Shown here: one piece after another, positions 14,214 through 27,372 of the stretch
How positions within the stretch are numbered: position 1 is the stretch's first letter
Layout: every line of letters starts with the position of its first letter
Origin: Octopus vulgaris
Lineage: Eukaryota
Reading direction: 5' to 3'
Assembly (NCBI GenBank): GCA_951406725.2
Contig: OX597831.1
Location: 63,798,001-63,862,000, forward strand
Length of the DNA stretch: 64,000 nt
Notes under the pieces: model-generated
What the model was told of the DNA's origin: nothing
The model's input: only the letters and a program-made list of their open reading frames with translations
The model's database searches: none
Position numbers and translations under genes: made by a program

Positions 14214-16166
14214 TGTGTATATGTGTGTGTGTGTATAATTATATATATAATATATAATTTATAAATATATATATATGATGTATATATATATATATATATT
14301 CTTTTTAACCTTTTTGTCTACATTCTCTTTGGAATGTACTCTGTAGTGTGATGTATAAATATAGTTTCTCACAGGCATTCTCAATGACAACTTATTTTTG
14401 TTATCACTACAACATTTACTATTGATAACTATTAGAATGTGGAAGAGGAGTATTTGATAGTAATTCTGAAACTGGGGACTCTGCCTTAGTGAATATAGAC
14501 TATATGACATACCTGGGACTTGCCCAGCCGAATATCAGATCTCTGACAGATTTGGGACCCTGCTTGAGGAAACACATTTTTGAAATAGCTTGTGTCTGCA
14601 CTCGAAAGACGTTGTTTTCTTAGAGAACAGCTATCTGTCCCAAGTAAACATGGTGTCTCTGAGAAACTTAAAACTTCCTCAGAAAGATAATATTTGCATT
14701 TCTGTCCTTGATATTCTTCTATTTTTTTTTTGTTTTTTTTTTTCATTCTTTGTCTCTCCTTCCTTCTTTCACTATTCTTTTCAGGAATATTTCTAAAATT
14801 TTCAGTGAAGCAGTTGAAAAACACAGTTTTGTGGTTGTGTTAATAATAAATTGCACTAGAAATTTTAGAATTTCCCGCTGCTTAAATGTGTAAAAATGAT
14901 TTTTTTTTTTTAAAAAAAAAGGAAAAAAAGCTAGTAATATCTGCTCAATCTTTTGTTTTATTTTTTAAATGAAAACAAAAATCAAACAAAAATAAAATCA
15001 TGTAAATTTTCTCTTTTCTTTTTCATTCAACTACCCAAGAGTACATATTCTTTTGCTTCCCGATTATTGACTGAAGATATGTTGCTTGACATAACATTAG
15101 AAGTTATAGATATACAAACTTGTTTCTTTCACATTTTTTTTTCATTTTTATTTTTTTAATCTGCTACATTCAAATTCAATCTGATCCAAAGAGCTTTGGC
15201 TGTTGTTCTTAAAATTAAGGTTAAATTGTCATGTGGTTTTGTATGTTTAAATTATATAAGATAAACACTTTATTGTTACATGGGACCAAATCATATAGTA
15301 ACTTTGTTTTCATTTTAGTTGAAATAATATAAAGGCTTCAGTTTCTTTTATCATTTATTTCATTCATACAATTAGTGTTGAATGGCCAATAGGTGTAATA
15401 AGATCAATGATGATCATAAATTATGTTGAAATGATAATTACAAAATATTAAATCCCAATGATGCATTTGCTAGTAGGTCTTCTTCACCTGTCACTTCTTC
15501 CCTCTTTGTTGAAATTGATGTACATTTTCAGCTGTTTACTCTCAAGGTTCTTGTAAGTGTCATCATGTATTTCTTAAGATTTTTCGTTTGGAACTGAAAT
15601 ATATTTCCCAAAATATTCACATGTGTGAGAATGTATATTTATGGACAGATATACTAAGAACAACTCTTTGAAAGAAAAACATCCTAAAATTTCTACTGAA
15701 TATTTGGAATATCTTGAATGAGTCATAAAGGCAACAGATGGAAAGTTTTTCTTCTAAGATTCTTTCAAACAAGATTTTCAAAGCTAAATGTGTGCACGAT
15801 TTTAGTTTTCTGATGCAACAGGATGAAAATGAAGATATTGTACAAAATAGTGAGTGCCTGCAGCTTATTAATTTTGTTTTAATTTTTTGCAAACTACAAT
15901 GTTTTTTTTTTATTTATTTATTCATTTATTTCGCTTTAATCAAGATCTTATAGTATATTTTGCCATTTTGTTTTAATCTTATGAAAATAAAATTTGGTCT
16001 TAATTATGATGTCAACAAAAATCAGAATGTTTGTCACAGCTCTCTTTATTTTTAATTTTTTAAATCTATATTATTGACAATGATGATGATGAAAATGATG
16101 ATGATGATGATGATGATGATGTTCTGAGCTAAATATATTGATGTTGCCACATGACGCATAAATAGC

Positions 16167-16195
16167 AATAAATCATATTATTATGGAGTAATAAA
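16167..16195 (+). terminator. Candidate distal polyadenylation signals of the Ig gene
   Basis: AATAAA at 16167-16172 and 16190-16195, followed by U/GU-rich ttcttcttgtactcttt. AATAAA is common in AT-rich DNA, so this is tentative. Confidence 0.35.
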
Positions 16196-18627
16196 ACTTA
16201 TTCTTCTTGTACTCTTTATCAATATTTTCTGCCTCACAGATACATACACACATATACAACCACACACATACATCACTCACATATGCATGAACATCCAAAA
16301 TACATACTAAATGCAAAGGGATCTAGAAACAGGCATTGTTTTGCCTAACATATAACAAGGCTCAAAATAGCAACAAGTTTGCAAATATGTATTGCTGTTC
16401 TTTGCACTAGTACCACCAATAGTAATCCTAGTCTGTCCCTTTTCAGATTGTTTCTCAAACTGTTTTATGTGTTTTCACTTTGCCAGTATGTAACCACACA
16501 CAACTTCTCTACAATTCTTCAATAGCTGATCTTTTAGTGCAGCATAAAATCAAAGAAAAATGTGCTATTATCAATAGGGGAGTTTTGGGCAATTATTCTT
16601 TGAAATTGAGATAATGGTTACAATTAAAATATTCTAAATAGTAATAATATCGGGATTTAAGGGCCAAAATAGTTGATACTAAAAATATTTTTCACGCTTA
16701 CATCATTATCTGTGTATAGCTGTAGGTTTAAACTTTTCTCTCATTAGAGATATACTGAAATATACTGCTGCAGAAGAAATATAATATTTATGGATAACCT
16801 TTATTATTATTATTTTGATGCCTACCAATTTAATTGGATCACTTACAGTCTTCAACTGAGTGTTTGTCAGGTGTAAATTTCCTCTATAAAAGCATGCTAT
16901 GAATAATACCACAAGCTAATTATTGCAGTTAATTTACATTCCTCTAAACATGCTTTACAAATAAATCAGAAAGGGGAAGCATTATTTATTGACTCCACCC
17001 CCATCTAAAGAGATGTTCCTGTTAAATAGACATTAAGGGTGACATTCAACCAATGATCTCTGAAATCTTGTTGCAGCAACTCTTTTATTTATGCTATTTT
17101 TTTAAACTTAAAAACTGAGCTAATAGAATAAAATAATCAGCTATTTCTTTGTTTGTATAGCACATGTGAAATAAATTTAGATTTAATTTCTTATTGTTTC
17201 AAATAAAAGATTTTTCTTTATATTTTTTGTTGTTTTATCTGAAAAGAAGACCAAATTATAAAGAAAATATGAGCATTCAAACAAAATTGTTATTATTAAC
17301 AAGTACAAATTTTTTCTTGCTCTTTATACTAGAGATTTTTTGAAAGTCTGCATAGGGTTCTAACTACCAACTGATGAGTCCGTGGTTCATATCCAGCTAT
17401 CTGTTTCAAGACGTGTCAGTATTCAAGGTTCTGAACTCTTAACAGCTGTACAGACTTTGTTGCCCAGAAGATGCATGCAAGAAAGTTGTATACTTTTGTC
17501 ATAGTGCTACAAAAATTGACAGGTGTTTCTTAGTTTGCAGTATTGACCCTGTATAGGTTGCTATAGCACATGCGCTGGCTGACGTAAACAGCCTTCAGTC
17601 ACATTTCTATAACACAAGCACCAAATGGGAATCACGACATATGAACAAATTACCATTTTGTCTCCAAAGTGTTCTTGATAAAATATATACCAAAATGATG
17701 TATCAACATTCTGAAACCAGAGTATCCTACAACTTTACAGAAATTTATTCCTTTACTGAATGAGAATTTAAACGAAATTAAACAGGATACCCATTCAGGT
17801 GAAAGTAATATTCGATGAATTCATAACAATTTCACAGGAATTTTATAAGTGTTTGGGCACCAAGTTTGCAAAAACCTTGAACACTAGACAAATACAGATT
17901 AGACCCTCTACTTTTGCATTCCATGTTAAAATAATTTTAATGCAAATTTCTGGGATTGTCTTCCCTCGCCTTTGGGTTTCTTGTTTTTGTTTATATTTTA
18001 TATCAAAGTTAGTCATTTAGAAAAAGATTGCTCTCACAATTGAGGACTACCTTTATTACCTTCATTAAAATTTCTTCGATTCCTACATCAATAAACCCTT
18101 TACCATTAAGTTTTCTTGTCATAGGCATCCCAGAATATTTCATATGATTATTCTAATACAGTATTTAACCTCACACCATAACATTCTCAGTTCAAATTGC
18201 TCCAAAATCAATGTTGTCTTCTATCAGTTCAAAATCAATAAAATCAGAGCCAGAAATATACTGCAGATTGATTCTACCTTCAGCTTATATCAGAAATCAT
18301 TATTTTAAGAGAGCATCAAATGTAGATTATTTTTAGAATAGCTGAAGGATGCGTGTGATATTTGACAATTGGAAGTGTAAATGTGTTTATACTTTGTAAG
18401 CAGGGTGTTTGTTTTGGTATACAAAGCAAATGACAAAAAAAATAGTAAAATGTTAATCTTGCAGATGGCATCCCCTTTGTCTTTGTATTGCTGTATTTAT
18501 TCACTAGAGTATATAGAATATACAAATATTGTCAGATGGCTAAATATGTCAGTGTTAATATTAGAGACGTTGGTTCGATTTTCACCAGTCTCTTGTTTAT
18601 TCTCTTTTCTGTCAGCTGAATAAACAC

Positions 18628-18854
18628 TCTTTTCTCTTTTTTTCTCTTTTTACTTGTTTCAGTCATTTTGACTGCGGCCATGCTGGAGCACCACCTTTAA
18701 TCGAGCAACTCGACCCTGGGACTTATTCTTTTGTAAGCCCAGTACTTATTCTATCGGTCTCTTTTGCCGAACCACTAAGTGACGGGGACATAAACACACC
18801 AGCATCGGTTGTCAAGCAATGCTTGGGGGACAAACACAGACACACAAACATACA

Positions 18855-18946
<92 letters not shown>

Positions 18947-19108
18947 ACGGGCTTCTTTCAGTTTCCGTCTACCAAATCCACTCACAAGGCTTTGGTCGCC
19001 CCGAGGCTATAGTAGAAGACACTTGCCCAAGGTGCCATGCAGTGGGACTGAACTCGGAACCATGTGGTTGGTAAACAAGCTACTTACCACACAGCCACTC
19101 CTGCACCT
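18628..19108 (-). mobile_element. tRNA-derived SINE, family B (CORE-like, internal CA/TA microsatellite)
   Basis: Reverse complement of ggagtggctgtgtggtaag...ccttgggcaagtgtcttct...gtaaaagag; at least six near-complete copies in the window. Confidence 0.9.
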
Positions 19109-19234
19109 GTTTAAAACACTTTATAAACATTTTTAGCTTTAGAGTGGTTTATCCCAAGCTCATCTCTTAATGGAGCAGGAAGATAACACATGTTCTAAAC
19201 AGTATAATCCTACTTGTAGAACTATATCGTTTAA

Positions 19235-21536
19235 CCTTCTGTCTACCAAGGGGTCCTATTGACCCATTTCAGTTTTTACAGTGGCTTTTTCCTACTGTTT
19301 ATATTATTTGATCTGCTGATTTCTTCTTGTGACCCTTATTTTTTCTTGACTCTCTTTTATTTGTCAAATGGGAAATTTTCCATGTGCTTATAAAAGCTAG
19401 AAAATTTCACTTCATACATTAATTACCATGTGGGTTCATTGAATCCTCGAATTAAATTCAGACACTATTCTTGTCATTCTAAACTGAATAAAAGCAGTAT
19501 CAAATATTATTTTCCTAGATATTTATCAGATATAAAATAGATAAAATTTGTATTCAATTTATTTACTGAATTTTAGATAAAACAGGAAAAATTAGAAAAA
19601 TATTCCTGTAAATTTATGTGACATTGCATCACCTTCAATCTGCTAGGTTATAGGGTGACACAGTATTTCTGTGATGATTCAATTCTTACAATATATTGCA
19701 TCATCTTTCAGGAGAGTATAAATATTCGAGAGAGCAATATCTGCCTTTAGTCTGCTATCAAGTTTCATGTAGTTCAGTTGAGTGAAGACCAAATATCGAA
19801 AAGTTTATTGGAATTAGATGAAGAATGGAAAGAAGATAGTAGTGATTCCTTCTATTGCTCTGAAGATGATGATAAAAGTGATTGTGTGCTGGACAGTTTA
19901 GGTTTTGTGTCATCAGATGAAGATACTCAAAAAAAATGTTATCTGCAAGCCACCCAATTATGAATGAGTGATATGTTTCTAGAGACAGACAAGAAGTTTG
20001 GTATTCTAACCCTCTTACTCAAGCAGCAGTAAGAATTTCATCTTGCAATATTGTGCGCCAAGAATGTGGACCATCTTGTTTTGCTAAAAGGTCTTGCAAT
20101 AGAATTGAAACATGTTTTGCTATCTTCATGCACCATGGACAAATGTTGAGGGTCAAGAAGATGGCTGCCCAATATTCAGCAAAATTATAAGCTGGGGAAG
20201 ATTTCAACAGATTTTACTAGTTTTGCATTTTGATGATGCTAGTATAAGAAGAAAAAAGAAAAGTGATGATAAATTGGAGCTCATAAAAGAAGTATTTGAA
20301 ATGTAGAATCAGAATTTGCAAGATGGATATGTTCCAAGTTAATGCATGACAACTGATGAACAATTAGTTTCATTCAGAGGGCGCTGCCCATTCCAGGTAT
20401 ATATTCCTTCAAAATCAGGGAAATATGGAATTAAAATTTGGGCAATATTTTCTTATGCCTGGAAAATATAAATCTACACTGGAAAAGTCTTAGTAAAAAG
20501 GAGAGAGACTAATCAAGGTTCAAAAGTTGTTGAAGACCTAGTAAAAGAACTTGAAAATACAGGTCGCAATATAACTTGTGATAATTTTTTTACAAGTCTA
20601 GGATTGGCTCAAAAGCTGCTTAGCAAGAAAACTATTTTAGTTGGAGCAATTAGAACGAACAGAGTTGAACTTCCAAGTGATTTCACAAATGGAAAAGAAA
20701 GAGAAATCAACAGTACAATATTTGGATTTCAAAAGGATTCTATGATCATATCTTATTGTCCCAAGAAAAATTATGTAGTCACACTTATGAGTACAATGCA
20801 CTCTCAGCCTTCAATTGATTCAAAAAGAGATGAAAAGAAATCTGAAGATATTACATGTTACAACAAAACAAAAGGAGGAGCAGATACCGTAGATAAGATG
20901 GTGAGGACATACACTTGTGAAAGAATGACTCGAAGATGGCTTATGGTTATATTCTACAACATGATTGATATAAATGCAGTGAATGATTTCATTGTTGCTA
21001 AACAGCTTCACTTACAAAGTTTCTTGGATAAAAGAAGACAGTGCCTAATTCAGTTAGGAAAGGAACTTGCCGGAGTTAATGCTAAACAAGAACATGACAA
21101 ACAATTTTCTAGTTCCGCGAACATTTCTCAACCAAACAAGAAAAGAAGACGATCTTCAACTGCATTTACGATTCCTCAGCCAAAGAAAAAGGAAGATGTT
21201 CTTTGTGTGACCCCCCACACACCAAAAAAAAAAGACAAAAACCTTGTACTACATGTAAGAATTGTAATATCCATATTTGCCAAGAACATTCCAATGTTGT
21301 CAACATTCACTGCCATGGAGAGCTGTAATTTTTAAAATTTATAATATATTCTGTAAGCTGTATTTTTTTTTCATTATAATTTGTAAGAAACAGTAATTCT
21401 TCATTTCACCTGATAGCGCATATAATGTAGTTAAGAAGTAGTGGTAGTTTGAATAAAATTTGATTAAAAGAAAAATATTGGGTCCATTGGACCCAGTTGG
21501 TAATTAGTGACATGCATTTCTCTGGTAGACCAAGGG
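19235..21536 (+). mobile_element. Complete but degenerate piggyBac DNA transposon
   Basis: TTAA TSDs at 19231-19234 and 21537-21540; imperfect 14-bp TIRs CCTTCTGTCTACCA / TGGTAGACCAAGGG; subterminal palindromes GGGTC-N5-GACCC at 19251-19265 and 21480-21494. Confidence 0.92.
19778..21335 (+). pseudogene. piggyBac transposase pseudogene (stops, frameshifts, internal deletion)
   Basis: Acidic N-terminus; catalytic motifs TTDEQLVSFRGRCPF..IPSKSGKYGIKIW, ITCDNFFTS and YNKTKGGADTVD; Cys-rich C-terminal remnant CKNCNIHICQEH. Confidence 0.92.
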
Positions 21537-21826
21537 TTAATGTCTTTATTTTTAAAACAGATGGGTATGAATTGAGCACGGTTTGACTGCTTTTGCTAAC
21601 AGATCTAACAGACCACATAGATGCTTACACATTGGATCAAATTACTCTTTAGCGTAGAATTAAATGTCACTAAAAATAAAGTGTCTAAATTTTAGCCTTG
21701 TGATAAGACTATTGAACTGACAAACATGCATTTTGTCCTTGAGCAAGGCACTTCACTTTACGTTGCTGAAAATGAGTTGTGTCTGATGCAGAGAGGAGCC
21801 TCACAGACCGCTAGCCCCCAATCATG

Positions 21827-23101
21827 CAAAGTTCATTGGCTGACCAAAATACTCTCATGAAATGTGACCAAATGAGGTTTATTGTTCAACATAGTCCCCC
21901 TTGCGGTCTACACATTTCTTCGATCGGTGTTGAAGCATTTTTATCCTGTTGGCAAAGAAGATTTCATTCCGCTGGCTAAAAATGTCAACATCAGATATGA
22001 CGTCATCATCACTGCGATACTGGTTCCTAGTCAAGTGTTTTTGCGTGTTAAAGAACAGATGATAGTCAGGTGGGGCGAAATCAGGTGAATAGGATGGGTG
22101 ATCAACTAGTTCAAAAAATGCAGTCACGCATAGCAGCCATTGGAATCAAGGACGTATGTGTTGGAGCATTGTCCAAGTGAAGCAAGATCACTTTCGTCAG
22201 TTTTCCTGAGCGTTTGGTCTTGATTGCCTTTCGTAATTAACTCGGCAAGTTGGCATATCACTCTCCATTAATGGTGTGGTCCTTTTGAAGATAGTCAATC
22301 AACACAATTCCTTCTGCATCCACAAAAACCGAGGGCGTCACCGTCCCTACAGATGAAACGATTTTGCTCTTGTCTGGAGAGATGTTTTGAAGGTGTTTCC
22401 ACTGCATGGATTGTCTCTTTGTCTCTATCTCAAAGTGATAAACCCAACACTCGTTCCGACTTAGGAAATGTTCAAGGAAACCAGCCGAATCTCCCTGAAA
22501 TAATGTCATATTTTGCCGTGATGGGATCAACCTGATGCGCTTTTGATCAGGTGTCAGAAGACGTGGAACCCACCAAATAGAAACCTTCATAATACCAGGT
22601 TCATTGCAAAGAATATTCTCAACACTTTCACAGGGTATGCTAGAAGCATTGGCTATTTGATTTATAGTCAATTGTCTGTTATTCATCATACGGTGAACAT
22701 GATCAGTTTTATCCTCGGTGGCGGAAGTAACAAGACGTCCAGACTTTGGGTCATCTTCAAGATTATCCCTTTCTCTCCTAAGTTCTGCTCCCCATCTTTG
22801 CACTGTTTATAAAACTGGAACATCATCCCCTAATGTAGCAACTATGTCAGTATGAATTCCCTAGGGAGTTAAACCCTTTTCCTGCAGGTACATGATAACA
22901 CCACGATCCCAAATTTTGTCTATCTTCAAGAGAAGTCGTACCAGTTACTATTGAAGTCTTCTTCAGACAGTCAGATATCAGTTTACCTGGAAAGAAACAA
23001 TATAGTTATTAATAATGAGAGTTTAAATTAACATATGCAAGATTTCACAGCTCTAGCAATCACTCTTTCAGATAACCTATGAACTTTTCAGCCCTCTGTC
23101 G
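21827..23101 (-). mobile_element. Mariner (DD34D) transposon with pseudogenised transposase
   Basis: ORFs 22258-22803 and 21879-22127 contain DDPKSGR, WVPRLLT, NECWVYHF and HPSYSPDFAPPDYHLF. Right TIR atgaacttttcagccctctgtcg|ta; left TIR partial (aaagttcat). Confidence 0.9.
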
Positions 23102-23110
23102 TATTATATA

Positions 23111-23339
23111 TTTCTTTATTACCCACAAGGGGCTAAACATAGAGGAGACAAACAAGGACAGACAAAGGGATTAAGTCGATCATATCGACCCCAGTGCGCA
23201 ACTGGTACTTTATTTATCGACCCCGAAAGGATGAAAGGCAAAGTCGACCTCGGCGGAATTTGAACTCACAACGTAACGACAGACGAAATACGGCTACGCA
23301 TTTCGCCCGGCGTGCTAACGATTCTGCCAGCTCGCCGTT
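23111..23339 (-). mobile_element. SINE family A
   Basis: Full-length reverse-complement copy directly after the mariner TIR. Confidence 0.9.
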
Positions 23340-24143
23340 ATAGCGTGGTCTTACTTGTTGGTGAGTCGAACTGGTTAATGACGGTGTACTGCAGAAGTAT
23401 ACGTCGCCACTTCTAAATTGAACGGCTTCGTTAATATTGTGCAGTGTAATGTGAATAATATCTGAAGCAAACTCACTAACATTCAACTTGATATTTATTG
23501 TTGGTCATAATGATATTTGGTGTTGGCCAATTACAATGAAAAACATTAATAATTGCCGAATGGGAAGGAGAGAGAGAGAGAGAGAGAGAAAAAAAAAAAA
23601 AAACTACGCCGCGTCCGTAGAAATTACTTATGAGAACCTGGAGTTGTCTACTCAAATATCCAGAACCGTCTGTATGGTAAGATAGGAGACAAATCAATCA
23701 GTCAGCCGCCCTTCAACACTCTGCGAATACTTAAAGCGCCAAAAAGGATTTTAAAGGGGACAAGAGGTTAAATCGCGGAACGCATCACGTCACAGCTTCA
23801 TGCTGACTGGTCGATTTATAGACCGATCACGTGAAACTAATGGTTCATTCGTGGCGTCTGACCGAGTATCCAACGATTTGTATTCGGATCCCAGTTACAA
23901 TATCAACGGACACTTACCCAATATGTCGAACAATGAGATCGAACAGGGAACGGTGTGGTGAATAAATCAACTTTTTAACCACTAGTCATGTTCTTGTTTA
24001 AATGAACTAGATTCAGTTGACACTCGAAAGTGGGCCGAGGAATAGGTCCACTTGGAACTGAACACCATTGTGACTGTCGATCATTTTGTTGATTAGTATG
24101 AAATAGCAGAAGACCCGTGGACAGATACATTGCTAATTGCGAC

Positions 24144-24220
<77 letters not shown>

Positions 24221-24449
24221 TTCTTTACTTTTGAAGACACCAAGGAGAATTAGCTGTTGTTTCCAGCAAGTCTACCGATTACATAGAGACTCCCCCTTTG
24301 GTTTGTTAAAATTGCTAAACGAAAATAAAAATGAGTATATTACCTGCCCCAATCAACAATTTCTTTATGTTCTCGAGAACATTAATTAACTAAAGAACTT
24401 GGTAATATTGATTAGTTAAATATTGGATTTTGAAGTTCAACAAGTGGCA

Positions 24450-24795
24450 TTCTATCGGTTTCGACCACGAGGTTTCCAGTTGATCCGACCAACGGAACAG
24501 CCTGCTTGTGAAATTAACGTGCAAGTAGTGGCTGAGCACTCCACAGACACGTGTACCCTTAACGTAGTTCTTGGGCAGATTCAGTGTGACGTAGAGTATG
24601 ACAAGGCTGGCCCTTTGAAATACAGGTACAACAGAAAGAAAGAGTGAGAGAAAGAGTACAGCAGGGTTCGCCACCCACCCCTGCTGGAACCACGTGGAGC
24701 TTTAGGTATTTTCGCTCAATAAACACTCACAACGCCCGGTCTGGAAATCGAAACCGCGAGTCCGCTACCCTAACTACTGGGCCATTGCGCCTCCG
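24450..24795 (-). mobile_element. SINE family C (tail type 3)
   Basis: Family C head at ~24660-24795; tail shared with 58175-58370, 35150-35320 and 57750-57892. Confidence 0.8.
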
Positions 24796-25112
24796 CTCAA
24801 CAACAAGTGTATAACACGCAACACGAGGCAACGAGGGAACCTCTAAGCTTCGTTCGAGTTGTTAGAATAACGGCCAAAACTGCGTCAAATCACACATATC
24901 TTATAACAGTAAGGACACACTGAGTAATGTGGGTCTGGATATACCTAGGTAGAGCAGACGCCAGAGTAGACCAGCCCCGCTGTCTCCCACTTCAGAAATT
25001 TGTGTGTTTGTGCCATTTAATTTTTTTTTACTTCTTTATCCAGGTATCACCTTCTTTACACCAGTTGGAACATACAACTGAAATATAATTAACTTCTGAA
25101 TAAGAAATCTAT

Positions 25113-25525
25113 AGCGCAGGAGTGGCTGTGTGGTAAGTAGCTTGCTAACCAACCACATGGTTCCGGGTTCAGTCCCACTGCGTGGCATCTTGGGCAAGTG
25201 TCTTCTGCTATAGCCCCGGGCCGACCAATGCCTTGTGAGTGGATTTGGTAGACGGAAACTGAAAGAAGCCTGTCGTATATATGTATATATATATAAGTGT
25301 GTGTGTATATGTTTGTGTGTCTGTGTTTGTCCCCCTAGCATTGCTTGACAACCGATGCTGGTGTGTTTACGTCCCCGTCACTTAGCGGTTCGGCAAAAGA
25401 GACCGATAGAATAAGTACTGGGCTTACAAAGAATAAGTCCCGGGGTCGATTTGCTCGACTAAAGGTGGTGCTCCAGCATGGCCGCAGTCAAATGACTGAA
25501 ACAAGTAAAAGAGTAAAGAGAGAGT
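25113..25525 (+). mobile_element. SINE family B
   Basis: Full-length copy ending in agtaaaag/agag repeats. Confidence 0.9.
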
Positions 25526-25839
25526 AAGGATGTTATCTGCCAAAACTTGAAATGTTTCACCTTCATGTGGTGAGTCGAAACCCCAAAAGAGTGCCTCGCT
25601 TCCCACACCCTCAACTTTCCCACCAATCTCCTTTGTTCTTGGAATGACCTCACCTTCTCTCTTTACTAAATTCTCGTGTTTTGAATTGGTTTCAGAAATT
25701 TTGTCTAATCTGTATAGAATTTGAAGGCCACCCCCAGATTTTAGTGATTTAGGGGACAACAAAATTAAATATGCCACAAAAAACAGTTACTGCCTACAGG
25801 TTGATCGCCATGAAAAAATTCTATTTCATCAATATAATA

Positions 25840-27372
25840 TGGTTTCGAAGTTTGGCACAAGGCCAGCAAGTTCGGTGGAGGAGATAAGTCCACTACATCG
25901 ACCCCAGGGCGCAACTGGTACTTATTTCATCGATCTCGAAAGGATGAAAGGCAAAGTCGACCTTAGTGGAATTTGAACTCAGAATGTAAGGAAGGACAAA
26001 ATGCTGCTAAACATTTTGCCTGGCGTCCTAACGATTCTGCCAGCTCACTGCCTTATTTCATTAATATAATATGGAAAGTCAATCAAATTATTTTGCCAGA
26101 TGATTCATACTTAGAATATAAAGGGAAAATATCTTTGAAAAATTAGGGCAATTAAGTAAAGCGTCAACTGACCCCTCACCTTTGATCCGCGGTGCCCATA
26201 AATTTTCCACCGCTCATTTTGAGCTCTGGCCTAGTGCAGCCGGTTTTACTTCTAGGGCTATACAATAACACCAATAAAAATTCTTCATTAACATTGTCAA
26301 TATTATTTGCTACATTAAGGAGGCAAGCTGGCAGAATTGTTAGCACGCCGGACAAAATGCTAAGCTGTATTTCATCCGTTTTTATGTTCTCAGTTCAAAT
26401 TCCATCCAGGTCGACTTTGCCTTTCATCCTTTTGTGGTCGATAGAATAAGTAGCAGTTGAGTACTGGGGTCGATATAATCGACTTAACCCTTCCCCCGAA
26501 ATTACTGGTCTTGTGCCAAAATTCGAAACCATTATTATCTAATATATTAAGGCTGTGAGCTGGCAGAATTGATATCGTGTGCCGGGCTCAGCGAGAATCT
26601 TAGCTCCACCGAGAAAATTTAGCTTTCCGTCGTTTCGGATCAAGCAATGGGGGCAATGAAGTCGACTGACCCTCCCTCCCTCTAAAATTGCTTACCTTGG
26701 GTTAAAATTCCAAACAACATTATCTGTCAGACTAAAAGGGTGGCGAGTCAGCAGAAAGGTTGGGCAGACGAAATTTTGAGGAGCATTTCTTCCCGACCTT
26801 TACGTTCCGTGTTCAAATAACAGCGCAGGTCTACAGCGCCTTTCATCCTTTCGAGGTCGTTAAAATAAGCACCAGTGAAGGGCGGGGAATGATATAATCG
26901 ACTAGTTTATTCCTCTCAAAATCGCTGGTCTTGTGCTACGATTTGAAGCGATTAGTATTAAATGTCGTCATTCAATATCCATCCTATTTAAGGCGTTTAG
27001 CTGGCAGAATCGTTAGCACGCCGGGTGTCGTCTGCCGTTACGTTGTGATTTCAAATTCCGACGTGGTCGACTTTACCTTTCATCCTTTCGAGGTCCATTA
27101 AATAAGCACCAGTTACTCACTGGGGTCGATATAATCGACTTAATCCGTTTGTCTGTCCTTGTTCGTCTCTTCTGTGTTTAGCCCCTTGTGGGTAGTAAAG
27201 AAATAGGTATTTCGTCTGTTTTTAAATTCTGAGTGCAAATTCTGCCGAGGTCAACTTTGCCCTTCATCCTTTCGAGGTCGATAAATTAAATACCAGTTGC
27301 GTATTGGGGGTCGATCTTACCGACTAGCCCCCTACCCAAAATTTCGGGCCTTGCGCTTCGAGTAGAAAAGAA
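25840..27372. mobile_element. Cluster of about six family-A-related SINEs, including a SINE followed by a second SINE body at 26990-27372
   Basis: The ctttcatcctttcg..gtcgat domain recurs at ~25930 (-), 26420, 26840, 27080 and 27265 (+), with two different tails. Confidence 0.8.

Noticed and set aside
17371-17430. CTGATGAGTCC resembling a hammerhead core
   Set aside because: No GGAC-GAAA partner or stem III/NUH follows.
25840-27372. Regularly recurring motif suggestive of a CRISPR-like array
   Set aside because: The units are diverged SINEs of unequal length and mixed orientation in eukaryotic DNA.
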